DNA from: Flavobacteriales bacterium
Lineage (GTDB): Bacteria; Bacteroidota; Bacteroidia; Flavobacteriales; ECT2AJA-044
Direction of reading: 5' to 3'
DNA: 64,000 bases
NCBI GenBank assembly: GCA_965660515.1
Contig: CBFIAJ010000003.1
Location: forward strand, 27,805 to 91,804
Shown here: positions 28,276 to 37,443 of the stretch, one piece after another
How the letters are laid out: each line of letters starts with the position of its first letter
How positions within the stretch are numbered: the first letter of the stretch is position 1
Notes under the pieces: generated by a model
Databases searched by the model: none
What the model was told of the DNA's origin: nothing
Seen by the model: the letters and a program-made list of their open reading frames with translations, nothing else
Position numbers and translations under genes: made by a program

Positions 28276-29775
28276 ATGAATAATCGATACAAGGTACTGG
28301 ATCGATTGGGAGTTGTTCTTGAGAAGACGTCTGAAGAGGAATTTGAAACTTTGTTACGAACTTTACGGGCACATAATTCGAAATTTGGAAACTCGAATAA
28401 ATATATTGAACAACTGATTCAATTAAGGGAATCATTTTTTGATATTAATGAAATTTCAGATGCTCAAAGGAAGTCTCTTGAAAGACTAGAAATTAAAATA
28501 TTTGAAAACTCGTCGTTTGAGTTTAATCTGCAACGCGAAAGCTATTCCTCTTTTGGTCTTAGTAGGATTCGGATTTCAAAATACTTCCTTTTTGCTGAAA
28601 TAAGTATCGAGAAAGGAAGTAATCAATTATGCATATACTTTTTACGCAAGGCATTGAAGACAGGGCGTAGAATTGAACAGTATGATTCAATAGTATATGC
28701 ACTGGAAAAATTGTCAAAACGCTTCAGCTCTTCCGTTGATTTGAAATCGATGCTTAAAACTTCCCAAGAGCTGGAACTAGCGCGTAAAGAACTTATATTT
28801 TATAATAATGCGAATGACCTATTGGAAAGAATACGGTTTAATTCACATAGAGAATCAGATTTTTTTAACATCTCCGATTCTGATAAAATGCGGGTATACT
28901 CGGATTATAAAGAGACTAATTCCATTAGGACGAAAAGGCTGTTATTGTATTGCAAAATTGGCTTATTGGAATTGAAAGATCCGAGTTTGAGTAAGGCTTA
29001 TACCAAACGCAATTTATTGGCAATGTTCAATCTGCTTTCTGACCTATCCAAAGAAAGCCCTCACTTGTTCCCTAAAAGAGAAGGTTTAATTATTGACTTA
29101 AATAAAAATATATTGAGACTTTATTTTGGTGAAGTCGAAGAAACCCACCATTATCTGCAAACGGTAAAGAATGAGTTTAAAAAATATCCACACTACCATG
29201 CCATCCTTATAAAGCACTTCGACAGGATTAATTTATTTAGGGACAGCAGTGACTTAAATATCTTAGGAGATAATGTATCCGCCAAAGAAGAGCGTGTCAA
29301 TTCCTTTAATTTGGCTATAGGAATGCTCATTTCAGGAAAACCCGCCTTAAAGATTTTACATGAAGAATTTCAGAATATCGATGGGGTAGATAAATCCTTT
29401 TATGTGAAGAGTTACATGATTCTTTCATCTCTGATTAAATCAGATTTTGACCTAGCAACATATTACTTTGATAGTCTGCGATATTTATATAGAATCCACC
29501 CTACTTTACACATTAGTTTATATAAAAACAAAATTAAGATGTTTGAATCCTGGGCCAAAAAGGGATTTCAGGGGCAAATCCAAGACCTCCCGAAGGAAAT
29601 CATCAATCCGTTAAAGGAACATTACGAAAACACTTGGAATCCCTTATCTGCGGATATGATCCCATTACACCTTTGGCACAACCCCAGAGGGCTCCCGAAC
29701 CACAAAGAGGTGTATGCGCACCTGTTTGAGTGCAAAAGAAAAAAGACCCTGGAACAGGGCCTTTTCATAGATTAA
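28276..29775 (+). CDS. Hypothetical helical-repeat protein, islet paralog B (499 aa)
   Basis: Starts 1 nt after the stop of paralog A (TAA A ATG). It shares RK.LER.E.K.FE..., LRK.LK.G.RIE..D and a C-terminal W(D/N)P.S block with A. Confidence 0.75.
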   Translation: MNNRYKVLDRLGVVLEKTSEEEFETLLRTLRAHNSKFGNSNKYIEQLIQLRESFFDINEISDAQRKSLERLEIKIFENSSFEFNLQRESYSSFGLSRIRISKYFLFAEISIEKGSNQLCIYFLRKALKTGRRIEQYDSIVYALEKLSKRFSSSVDLKSMLKTSQELELARKELIFYNNANDLLERIRFNSHRESDFFNISDSDKMRVYSDYKETNSIRTKRLLLYCKIGLLELKDPSLSKAYTKRNLLAMFNLLSDLSKESPHLFPKREGLIIDLNKNILRLYFGEVEETHHYLQTVKNEFKKYPHYHAILIKHFDRINLFRDSSDLNILGDNVSAKEERVNSFNLAIGMLISGKPALKILHEEFQNIDGVDKSFYVKSYMILSSLIKSDFDLATYYFDSLRYLYRIHPTLHISLYKNKIKMFESWAKKGFQGQIQDLPKEIINPLKEHYENTWNPLSADMIPLHLWHNPRGLPNHKEVYAHLFECKRKKTLEQGLFID

Positions 29776-29809
29776 AAAAAAGCCTCTCGAAAATAACGAG
29801 AGGCCTTTA
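29774..29809. terminator. Strong hairpin between convergent islet gene B and the T9SS cargo gene
   Basis: A8-GCCTCTCG-aaaataa-CGAGAGGC-CTTTAAG. The U-tract is perfect on the minus strand and weaker on the plus strand. Confidence 0.7.
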
Positions 29810-29811
29810 AG

Positions 29812-32181
29812 CTATTGCTTCATCCATTTTATATTGGATCCATCGCTCAGACGGAAGAAGTATACTCCCGAGTCGTACTCCTTGATATCAAGGGTAATAC
29901 TCGCATCTGAACTCTTTAGTGCAAATTGATTTAACACGCGACCCGTTACGTCAATTAAGTCGATTTGAAGATCCGATCCGTCCACATTGCGCTCAAGGGT
30001 TATGATCGTCGAAGCGGGATTTGGATAAGCAATCAACTGAAGTGCATCGCGTTCAATAATTCCAATACCACTACCACTATCCGCTACTTCGAACTGATCG
30101 ATACCGGCTTCAACGATGTTTCCACCACCGGAAGTTAAGTCGCTAATTTCAGCACGAAACTGTACGGCACTTAAATCATTCGTATAGTCGAGAATTCGGA
30201 AATTAGATTGAACCCACTGACTCTGTGGATTGGCATCTGCAATACGTTCTATTTCATAAATGTTCGATCCGTCAGATAAGGTAAGGACCAGGGTATCATC
30301 GTACGGAGCACCCGATCCGCCCGCTAGGGCGATCCAAGTGTATACGCTCATGTACGGATCCGCATAAGCCGATAAATCCATGATAGGAGAGCGCAACAAA
30401 GTAAAACCATCGTCCACATCATCGGTACCAAAGGTTCCTCCGCCATTACCGGTTACAAAAGCTTTATCTGAGCAGTCTCCCTGAACATCTGTTTCTGGAT
30501 TTATTTCAACACCTCCGCTGTACGTTCCAACAGGCTCGCCTCGCTCCCAAGCGCCAGTAGTGGCATTCCCGATTTCTGTCCACCCATAGTCAAAAGCGAA
30601 ATCGTCGTAATACCCTTCCGTTAAATTGATTGTTAAACTGGATGTACTTCCATCAATTACTTCAGTTGCACAATACGTACGGTAACCCCAAGCTCCAGCA
30701 GTAACTTCGTACGTGCCTTGGAAAATAGAATTAAATACGACTTGACCATTGGCATCGGTAGTTCCCGAATACTCATTAAAGCCATCACTTAAAAATACTT
30801 CGATACCGCTGATGGCAGAACCGCTTTCGTCGAGAACGCTACCGTCGATACTGGTTGATCCAACAGAACTTAGAGCAGCATCTTGAGTTACCAAAACGCC
30901 GTTGGAAAGCACCACTTGAAAAGTATCCGCTATGTATCCTGGAGCTGAATAAACGGCGTCGTACGTTCCGGCCGTTGCAAGGCCGGTAGCATAGAAACCA
31001 GATAAATCAGAAGGCTTGGAAACACCTGTGTTTAATAATTCGATGGTCGCCGTAGCAATGGGCATTGTTGTTCCCGCATCGGTAACCGTACCTTCTAAAT
31101 AGCAAGCTTGCGTTTCTGTATAACCGAGAATGAATAAACCGCCCTCGATATCACTTGCATATAAATTCCCGCTCGGGGCAAAAGGGTATAGTCCCCAGCA
31201 GCCATTGAAACCACCACCCGAAAGCGGCGATGTATCATATTGCCCCACACGAATAATGTTGTACGGGTAGGTTACATCATGCACAATGGCTCCGCTGGTA
31301 TACCAACTCGTGTAAATTGCCTCACCTTTAACATGCGTGTTGTGTGGAATCACGCCGTTATTCGGTTCGGGTTGGATACGATCTACTTCGGTGATGTTCG
31401 CTAGGTTCGTGACATCATAGGCAGCAACATAAGCACCCTGAACTTCGTCTGTAGTGAATACGTGCGTTCCGTCCTGACTAATCCATCCGTTGTGACAAAA
31501 AGCATCTGGAGTTGCTGCAGCTCCAATATTATTGGAAATCATTGCCGGATTAGAAACGTCGATGACTACAATTTCCCCTTGGTAAATAGCGCCTCCCCAT
31601 AAGGTGTCGCCACGCGCCATTCCATCGTGCAGGTAGTATTCGTTATAGGTTCCTATTACTGGCGGGGCCGTAGCATTCGCGTCTACATCTAGAAGAATTG
31701 CTCCCCCTACTCCATTATTGGCACCAAATAAGTAGCAAATCCCATTTTCATCAATGTATAAATTGTGTGCTCTATCAAGCGTTGAACCCAATGCTTGCGG
31801 GAAGTACGTGAAAAAGGTCGGACTGGGATTCGTGGCGATGTCGCTTAAGTCGATGATCAACAGTCCTTGCGAAGTCCCAGAATACGAATCATGCGTTACA
31901 TATGCGTAATGCCCCCAGGTTTTAATATCGCGCCAGGTAGATGAAGGCCCCGGAATAAAGGCTTTTTCGATAGGAGTGGCCGGATTCGAAACATCCACAA
32001 TACTCGTTCCTGTTCGCGTACCCACAATGGCGTATTCATTCCCAACAGAGTCAACATAGCCCCAAATATCGTTCAAGTCTTGAGTATAAGGTAGTTGACC
32101 CAACAAGGTCATGTTCAAATTGCCCTGACCTAGAGCGCCTAAAAAGGCGAAGGTCATCAGCGTAAAAAAGATTCTTTTCAT
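29812..32181 (-). CDS. LVIVD-repeat / choice-of-anchor-B-like beta-propeller protein with carboxypeptidase-regulatory-like domains and a T9SS sorting domain
   Basis: Trimming to the ATG at 32181 gives signal peptide MKRIFFTLMTFAFLGALGQG. The N-terminus (DIWGYVDSVGNEYAIVGTRTGTSIVDVSNPATP...WRDIKTWGHYAYV) is LVIVD-like. The C-terminus is LIAYPNPASTIITLE...YFFRLSDGSNIKWMKQ. The longer ORF-track start would overlap parC. Confidence 0.75.
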   Translation of the reverse strand: MKRIFFTLMTFAFLGALGQGNLNMTLLGQLPYTQDLNDIWGYVDSVGNEYAIVGTRTGTSIVDVSNPATPIEKAFIPGPSSTWRDIKTWGHYAYVTHDSYSGTSQGLLIIDLSDIATNPSPTFFTYFPQALGSTLDRAHNLYIDENGICYLFGANNGVGGAILLDVDANATAPPVIGTYNEYYLHDGMARGDTLWGGAIYQGEIVVIDVSNPAMISNNIGAAATPDAFCHNGWISQDGTHVFTTDEVQGAYVAAYDVTNLANITEVDRIQPEPNNGVIPHNTHVKGEAIYTSWYTSGAIVHDVTYPYNIIRVGQYDTSPLSGGGFNGCWGLYPFAPSGNLYASDIEGGLFILGYTETQACYLEGTVTDAGTTMPIATATIELLNTGVSKPSDLSGFYATGLATAGTYDAVYSAPGYIADTFQVVLSNGVLVTQDAALSSVGSTSIDGSVLDESGSAISGIEVFLSDGFNEYSGTTDANGQVVFNSIFQGTYEVTAGAWGYRTYCATEVIDGSTSSLTINLTEGYYDDFAFDYGWTEIGNATTGAWERGEPVGTYSGGVEINPETDVQGDCSDKAFVTGNGGGTFGTDDVDDGFTLLRSPIMDLSAYADPYMSVYTWIALAGGSGAPYDDTLVLTLSDGSNIYEIERIADANPQSQWVQSNFRILDYTNDLSAVQFRAEISDLTSGGGNIVEAGIDQFEVADSGSGIGIIERDALQLIAYPNPASTIITLERNVDGSDLQIDLIDVTGRVLNQFALKSSDASITLDIKEYDSGVYFFRLSDGSNIKWMKQ

Positions 32182-32224
32182 ATTGAGTAGATATATAAGA
32201 TTGCGAAGGTACTTAAATAGTCGC

Positions 32225-34903
32225 TTAATCGAGTTCAAGACTAATTTGACCGGCGTCCGCGTCATCATCTTCGTCCTTACTAGTAATAGACGCAGGAGAA
32301 GCTTCTTCGGTGGGGTCCGAAGCTTTTGGTGGTACAATAGGTTCCTTTTCCGTATTGTTTCCAGGAGCCTCACGGCTTGATGTGATCTCCGGCTCTGGAG
32401 GGTCTTTTTCAATGGGTTCTAAAGCGCTTATGGCACGGACTTTATACTTCGTCAATTGGTTCCCCATAGCCTTCACACCTTTCGTAGAAATGAACTCGGC
32501 TATATTCACTTCTTCATTTGGTCGGCGATCTTTATTTGCCTGCTTGGTAAATTCAATATCAATCAAAGGAATAAAGTCGCTGGTAACTAACTCTAAGTAA
32601 GTGCCTTCACTCTCCGTTAAGAAATCTACTTTCTTCAGCTTGTCGACCAATTCAGGGATAAAACGCTTTACATAGTGCATTTCCTTTTCCCCTTCAAAAT
32701 AGACTATGCTAAGTGGTTTTTCCGGATTGAATTTTTCAAGAAGAACCACATCTTCTTCAAAATGAGTTGCCAAGTCAAAGCCCAATAAACGGTACGAACC
32801 CGCTTGGGAAACTTCGAGAATTCGATCATCTCCGCTAAAAGCCCCCAAAAGCTCTCCGCGGCCTTCTGTGTTCAGTTTGCGCACGGTATCGTCGAACCAT
32901 ATTTTTTGAGGGTTCAATGTGCTCACCCCCTCTTCTCGAAGATCGATTCGTTTGATTGGATTTTTCGTGAGAATATTTCCTTTCGCGCCTCTTCCTTTGA
33001 TTAAAACTTCGGAAAAATCGAGTTCGAAATTTGTTTTCTTTAGACGTTTGAGTTGACGCAAGTAAATCATTACTCTTTCCGCTTCGCCATTGGGGTTGGC
33101 GGTAAAGTACATCACTTCCGATTTGGCATTTCCGGCCGTTAGGTCGTATTCGCGATCCCGAGTAATGCTCGTGACTGAAAACCTTTTGACGTAATTTGAT
33201 CCATTGGCACCATCGCGGTAAATCAGGTTGTAAACCGTCCGTTTATCCTGCTTTTTCCAAACGGCAACATGTATAATATCCTTTCCAACAAAAGTCTTTT
33301 TATCGACTTTGGTGACCATCATTTTACCGTCTTTTCTGAAGACGATAATATTATCAATGTCGCTGCACTCGGTAACGAATTCATCCTTCCGCAAGGAAGT
33401 TCCAATAAAGCCCTCGGCGCGATCCATATACAAGCGCTCATTGGCAATAGCCACTTTGGTAGCGATAATTTCATCAAACGCCCGAATCTCTGTTTTGCGT
33501 TCCCTTCCCTCCTTGTATTTGTTTTTTAGGTTTTTGAAATAGTCAATGGCAAACTCCACAAGATTAGCCAGGTGATGTTTTACCTGTTCAATTTTCTCTT
33601 CAAGACCTTCAATCAGTGCTTGGGCCTTATCTAAATCGAATTTCGATATTCTCTTAATCCGAATCTCTGTCAAACGCACAATATCGTCGCGTGTAACCTC
33701 ACGCAGAAGATGCTTCGTATGAGGCTTAAGACCTTTATCTATGGCATCTATAACACCCTCCCAGGTCTCTTCCTCTTCTATGTCACGATAAATGCGCTCT
33801 TCAATGAAAATTCGCTCGAGATTCGCGAAGTGCCAATGCTCTTCATGTTCATCGAGTTCAATTTCCAATTCCCTTTTAAGGATTGCGAGCGTGTTTTCCG
33901 TACTCAGGCGAATTAAGTCACTAATTCCTGCGAAAAAAGGCTGATCATTCTGAATTACGCAGCATAAAGGGCTGATACTTACTTCACAGTCTGTGAAAGC
34001 GTACAGCGCATCAATAGTCTTGTCTGGAGACAACTGTGAAGGAATATGAACCAGTATTTCTACGTGTTCCGCGGTGTTGTCTTCAATTTTCTTAACCTTG
34101 ATTTTTCCGCGATCATTTGCTTTGAGAATACTATCAATAAGCGAAACGGTAGTCGTTCCAAACGGAATTTCGCTGATCCTTAATAGGTTCTTATCCTCAA
34201 TATTGATTTTGGCGCGCACCTTAATGCGGGAACCTCGTTTTCCGTCATTATACTGCGAGAAATCGGCTATACCGGCAGTAGGAAAGTCCGGGAACAGTTT
34301 GGGTTTCTTTCCTCGCAACGTATCGATGCTCGCATCAATAAGCTCTACAAAGTTATGAGGCATGATTTTAGTCGATAACCCGACCGCAATACCTTCAACT
34401 CCTTGAGCCAGAAGAATTGGAAACTTAGCCGGAAGAAAAACCGGCTCTTTACCCCTACCGTCATAACTCGCTTGCCATTGAGTCACTTTCGGACTAAAAA
34501 CGACGTCTAAGGCGAATTTAGAGAGGCGAGCCTCAATATAACGCGGAGCTGCAGCGCGATCGCCCGTGTATATATTCCCCCAGTTTCCCTGACAGTCAAT
34601 GAGTAAATCTTTTTGACCTAGCTGAACAAGCGCATCTCCAATAGAGGCATCACCATGAGGGTGGTATTTCATGGTATGGCCTATGAGGTTCGCTACCTTG
34701 TGGTAGCGCCCATCATCCATTTCCTTTAAACTGTGAAGTAATCTTCTTTGAACCGGTTTAAATCCATCTTCAAGAGAAGGTACTGCGCGCTCAAGAATTA
34801 CATATGAGGCATAGTCCAAGAACCAGTCTTTATACATTCCTGATACCTTGGTACTCGTTGCCGCTCCGTCCATTTCACCCATTGGCTCCAACTCTTCTTC
34901 CAT
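32225..34903 (-). CDS. parC: DNA topoisomerase IV subunit A (type IIA topoisomerase A subunit)
   Basis: KPVQRRLLHS and the active-site context AAPRYIEARL. It lies in an operon with the B subunit. The ParC (not GyrA) call rests on operon context and size. The ATG at 34903 is preferred. Confidence 0.8.
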   Translation of the reverse strand: MEEELEPMGEMDGAATSTKVSGMYKDWFLDYASYVILERAVPSLEDGFKPVQRRLLHSLKEMDDGRYHKVANLIGHTMKYHPHGDASIGDALVQLGQKDLLIDCQGNWGNIYTGDRAAAPRYIEARLSKFALDVVFSPKVTQWQASYDGRGKEPVFLPAKFPILLAQGVEGIAVGLSTKIMPHNFVELIDASIDTLRGKKPKLFPDFPTAGIADFSQYNDGKRGSRIKVRAKINIEDKNLLRISEIPFGTTTVSLIDSILKANDRGKIKVKKIEDNTAEHVEILVHIPSQLSPDKTIDALYAFTDCEVSISPLCCVIQNDQPFFAGISDLIRLSTENTLAILKRELEIELDEHEEHWHFANLERIFIEERIYRDIEEEETWEGVIDAIDKGLKPHTKHLLREVTRDDIVRLTEIRIKRISKFDLDKAQALIEGLEEKIEQVKHHLANLVEFAIDYFKNLKNKYKEGRERKTEIRAFDEIIATKVAIANERLYMDRAEGFIGTSLRKDEFVTECSDIDNIIVFRKDGKMMVTKVDKKTFVGKDIIHVAVWKKQDKRTVYNLIYRDGANGSNYVKRFSVTSITRDREYDLTAGNAKSEVMYFTANPNGEAERVMIYLRQLKRLKKTNFELDFSEVLIKGRGAKGNILTKNPIKRIDLREEGVSTLNPQKIWFDDTVRKLNTEGRGELLGAFSGDDRILEVSQAGSYRLLGFDLATHFEEDVVLLEKFNPEKPLSIVYFEGEKEMHYVKRFIPELVDKLKKVDFLTESEGTYLELVTSDFIPLIDIEFTKQANKDRRPNEEVNIAEFISTKGVKAMGNQLTKYKVRAISALEPIEKDPPEPEITSSREAPGNNTEKEPIVPPKASDPTEEASPASITSKDEDDDADAGQISLELD

Positions 34904-35376
34904 CAATCTTTGGTTTTCGCCGCTTTATTCATTCGCTTAATCTTGTCTAATGACTTTCTTAGGTGCCTTCTTTTTGCTTTTGATAAAAAAGTGATGTTGA
35001 GTCTACGCACTGTGACTCCCTTTTTACTCTTTATGCGAATAGTCACTGTTCTTCTTAAAAAGCGCGATATTTTATAGTCTACTCGTTTTGGGAACTCGGC
35101 CGTTTTTGTCAGTTGAGGGAAGACTTTTTCTAAAACAAAATACCTCGACTTAAAAATGAGCACTTCGCCATCGCTATCGTATTCAAAGTAAGGTTTACCT
35201 AAAAGTAAGAGAACGACGGAAGTCAAAATGGCTCCAAAACTGAGCCATCGATTCTCGAAATAGTCTGTCAGGGTTCCATCTACTCCAGAAACAAGTGAAT
35301 CGATAATTATGGCTAAAACCAAAATCGCGTAAAGAAGCACGAAGCGTTCCTTAAGATGTTCATTCGTTAATCTCAT
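34903..35376 (-). CDS. Small membrane protein with a highly basic C-terminal tail, embedded in the topo IV operon
   Basis: 157 aa with two hydrophobic helices, then [42 protein letters not shown]. Its start overlaps the parE stop (ATGA) and its stop overlaps the parC start (TGATG). Confidence 0.65.
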   Translation of the reverse strand: MRLTNEHLKERFVLLYAILVLAIIIDSLVSGVDGTLTDYFENRWLSFGAILTSVVLLLLGKPYFEYDSDGEVLIFKSRYFVLEKVFPQLTKTAEFPKRVDYKISRFLRRTVTIRIKSKKGVTVRRLNITFLSKAKRRHLRKSLDKIKRMNKAAKTKD

Positions 35377-37229
35377 GAAGCTTCCTCTTCAACAAGGTCT
35401 TTTTCAACCCGTAAGTTTTCAATAATAAATTCTTGTCGTTCCGGTGTGTTTTTACCCATGTAAAACCGCAGTAAGTCTTGAATAGTCGCGTCTTTTCCGA
35501 TAATCACAGGGTCTAATCTTATTTCTTTGCCAATAAAGTGCTTGAATTCGTCGGGTGAAATTTCCCCAAGCCCTTTAAACCGTGTGATCTCCACTTTTCC
35601 TTTCAACTCATTCATCGCTGCCTGCTTCTCGCTCATGTCGTAGCAGTAAATTGTTTTCTGCTTGTTGCGAACACGAAACAAAGGCGTTTGCAGAATATAT
35701 AAATGGTTTTCTCGAATCAATTCTGGAAAGAATTGTAAAAAGAAGGTGATCAGAAGTAGGCGAATGTGCATTCCATCAACATCGGCATCTGTTGCAATCA
35801 CTACATTATTATAACGCAGCCCCTCGAGACCGTCCTCTATATTCAGAGCCGCCTGTAAAAGGTTGAACTCTTCGTTTTCGTATACTACCTTTTTGGTGAG
35901 ACCAAAACTGTTCAACGGCTTTCCCTTCAAGCTAAAAACTGCCTGAGTCCGAACATTTCGAGCTTTGGTAATCGAGCCCGAGGCTGAATCTCCCTCTGTA
36001 ATGAAGAGCGTAGTGTCTAATCTATCTTCGCTTTTTTGGTTGTCGTAATGAGAGCGACAATCACGAAGTTTTCTATTGTGCAGACTGGCTTTCTTTTGAC
36101 GATCACGCGCCAGCTTTTTTATTCCCTGCAGCTCCTTTCTTTCCCGTTCAGCGGAAAGAATTTGCTTTAGCCAGATTTCAGCAACACCTTCGTTCTTGTG
36201 AAGGTAGTTGTCTAATTCCGTTTTCACGAAGTCATTGATAAAGGTTCGAACGGTCGGGCCTTCAGGTCCCATTTCCGCCGAACCGAGTTTTGTTTTCGTC
36301 TGACTTTCAAAAACCGGTTCAATCACTTTAATGCTTACCGCGGCTACAATACCTTGTCGAATATCGGCCGCCTCAAAGCTCTTGTTGTAAAATTCACGAG
36401 CCGTCTTCACCACGGCTTCTCTAAACGCGGCTTGATGGGTTCCTCCTTGCGTGGTGTGCTGGCCATTTACAAAGCTGTAATATTGTTCTGAGTATTGCTT
36501 TCCACTCACAGTAATCGCTACTTCAATATCGTCTCCGCGCAAATGGATAATGGGGAATAGCACATCACCATCCAAATTGTCTTGAAGCAAATCTTTTAAC
36601 CCGTTCTCGGAGTAAAATTTTTCTCCGTTGTATAGAATCGTTAAACCCGGATTCAGATATACGTAGTTCCAGAGCATTTTCTCTACGTACTCCGTGCGAT
36701 ATTGATAATTTCCAAAAATGTCTGAATCAGGAACAAAAGAAACCTTCGTTCCTTTTCTCTGTGTGGTTTCCCCTACCGGATCGTCCGACGTTAGTGCGCC
36801 ACGTTCAAACTCAGCTATTTTAGCCTGGTTCTCGCGAACCGATTGGATCTTGAAGTATTCAGAAAGGGCATTTACGGCCTTGGTTCCTACCCCGTTCAAT
36901 CCGACTGATTTCTTAAATACTTTAGAATCGTATTTCGCTCCGGTATTAATTTTACTAACTACATCAACCACCTTACCCAACGGAACACCGCGACCATAAT
37001 CACGAATGGTCACCGTACTTCCTTTTATTGATACTTCAATAGTTTTCCCGTTCCCCATGACGTATTCGTCCACGGAGTTGTCCAATACTTCCTTTAAAAG
37101 GATATAAATTCCATCGTCGTGTGCGGAACCGTCGCCTAGCTTACCAATATACATACCCGGCCTAAGGCGGATATGCTCTTTCCAGTCGAGTGACCGAATA
37201 CTGTCTTCGTTATATTGGTTTTCTGCCAT
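35373..37229 (-). CDS. parE: DNA topoisomerase IV subunit B (type IIA topoisomerase B subunit)
   Basis: GHKL ATPase motif [12 protein letters not shown], Toprim [10 protein letters not shown] and DADVDGMHI. Confidence 0.85.
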   Translation of the reverse strand: MAENQYNEDSIRSLDWKEHIRLRPGMYIGKLGDGSAHDDGIYILLKEVLDNSVDEYVMGNGKTIEVSIKGSTVTIRDYGRGVPLGKVVDVVSKINTGAKYDSKVFKKSVGLNGVGTKAVNALSEYFKIQSVRENQAKIAEFERGALTSDDPVGETTQRKGTKVSFVPDSDIFGNYQYRTEYVEKMLWNYVYLNPGLTILYNGEKFYSENGLKDLLQDNLDGDVLFPIIHLRGDDIEVAITVSGKQYSEQYYSFVNGQHTTQGGTHQAAFREAVVKTAREFYNKSFEAADIRQGIVAAVSIKVIEPVFESQTKTKLGSAEMGPEGPTVRTFINDFVKTELDNYLHKNEGVAEIWLKQILSAERERKELQGIKKLARDRQKKASLHNRKLRDCRSHYDNQKSEDRLDTTLFITEGDSASGSITKARNVRTQAVFSLKGKPLNSFGLTKKVVYENEEFNLLQAALNIEDGLEGLRYNNVVIATDADVDGMHIRLLLITFFLQFFPELIRENHLYILQTPLFRVRNKQKTIYCYDMSEKQAAMNELKGKVEITRFKGLGEISPDEFKHFIGKEIRLDPVIIGKDATIQDLLRFYMGKNTPERQEFIIENLRVEKDLVEEEAS

Positions 37230-37373
37230 GATTAACCCTTCGCGCTTTCACTGGCCTCCTAAAATGAGTGGCCTTTATTAAGGGTTCTAAAATAACTAAT
37301 TGGAAGGGCCTTCACGGCCCGATGGGCTGTGAGTTTTTAACAGTTTTTTCAATACTTCCGCGACGCGCTATTC

Positions 37374-37397
37374 CTATTCAAATCTGGCTATTCAAAT
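37374..37397. repeat. Decamer CTATTCAAAT twice, 4 nt apart (plus a partial CTATTC at 37368-37373)
   Basis: Read directly from the sequence. It lies about 145-170 nt upstream of the parE start on the minus strand. Confidence 0.5.
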
Positions 37398-37443
37398 GTG
37401 AAATGTCTTTAAGTCAAAATGCAATAAAAGCAAGCAGCGGTCT

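Noticed and set aside
28357-28374. RTLRAH in paralog B resembling a HEPN Rx4-6H motif
   Set aside because: It is not conserved at the equivalent position of paralog A and lies in the extreme N-terminus. A single short match is expected by chance.
26052-29810. Classical tRNA-targeted integrative element (integrase plus att repeats)
   Set aside because: There is no integrase or recombinase ORF. The islet lies on the 5' side of the tRNA gene, and I could not see a duplicated tRNA 3' segment at the far border. It is reported only as a compositional islet.
32182-32412. N-terminal 77-aa extension of the LVIVD protein ORF overlapping parC
   Set aside because: The extension is Arg/Lys/Leu-rich shadow sequence in another frame of the parC 3' end. 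The internal ATG at 32181 gives a proper signal peptide.
37300-37345. GGGCC-ttcac-GGCCC hairpin as a possible ychF terminator
   Set aside because: The stem is only 5 bp and there is no convincing U-tract on the minus strand. It is too weak to call.
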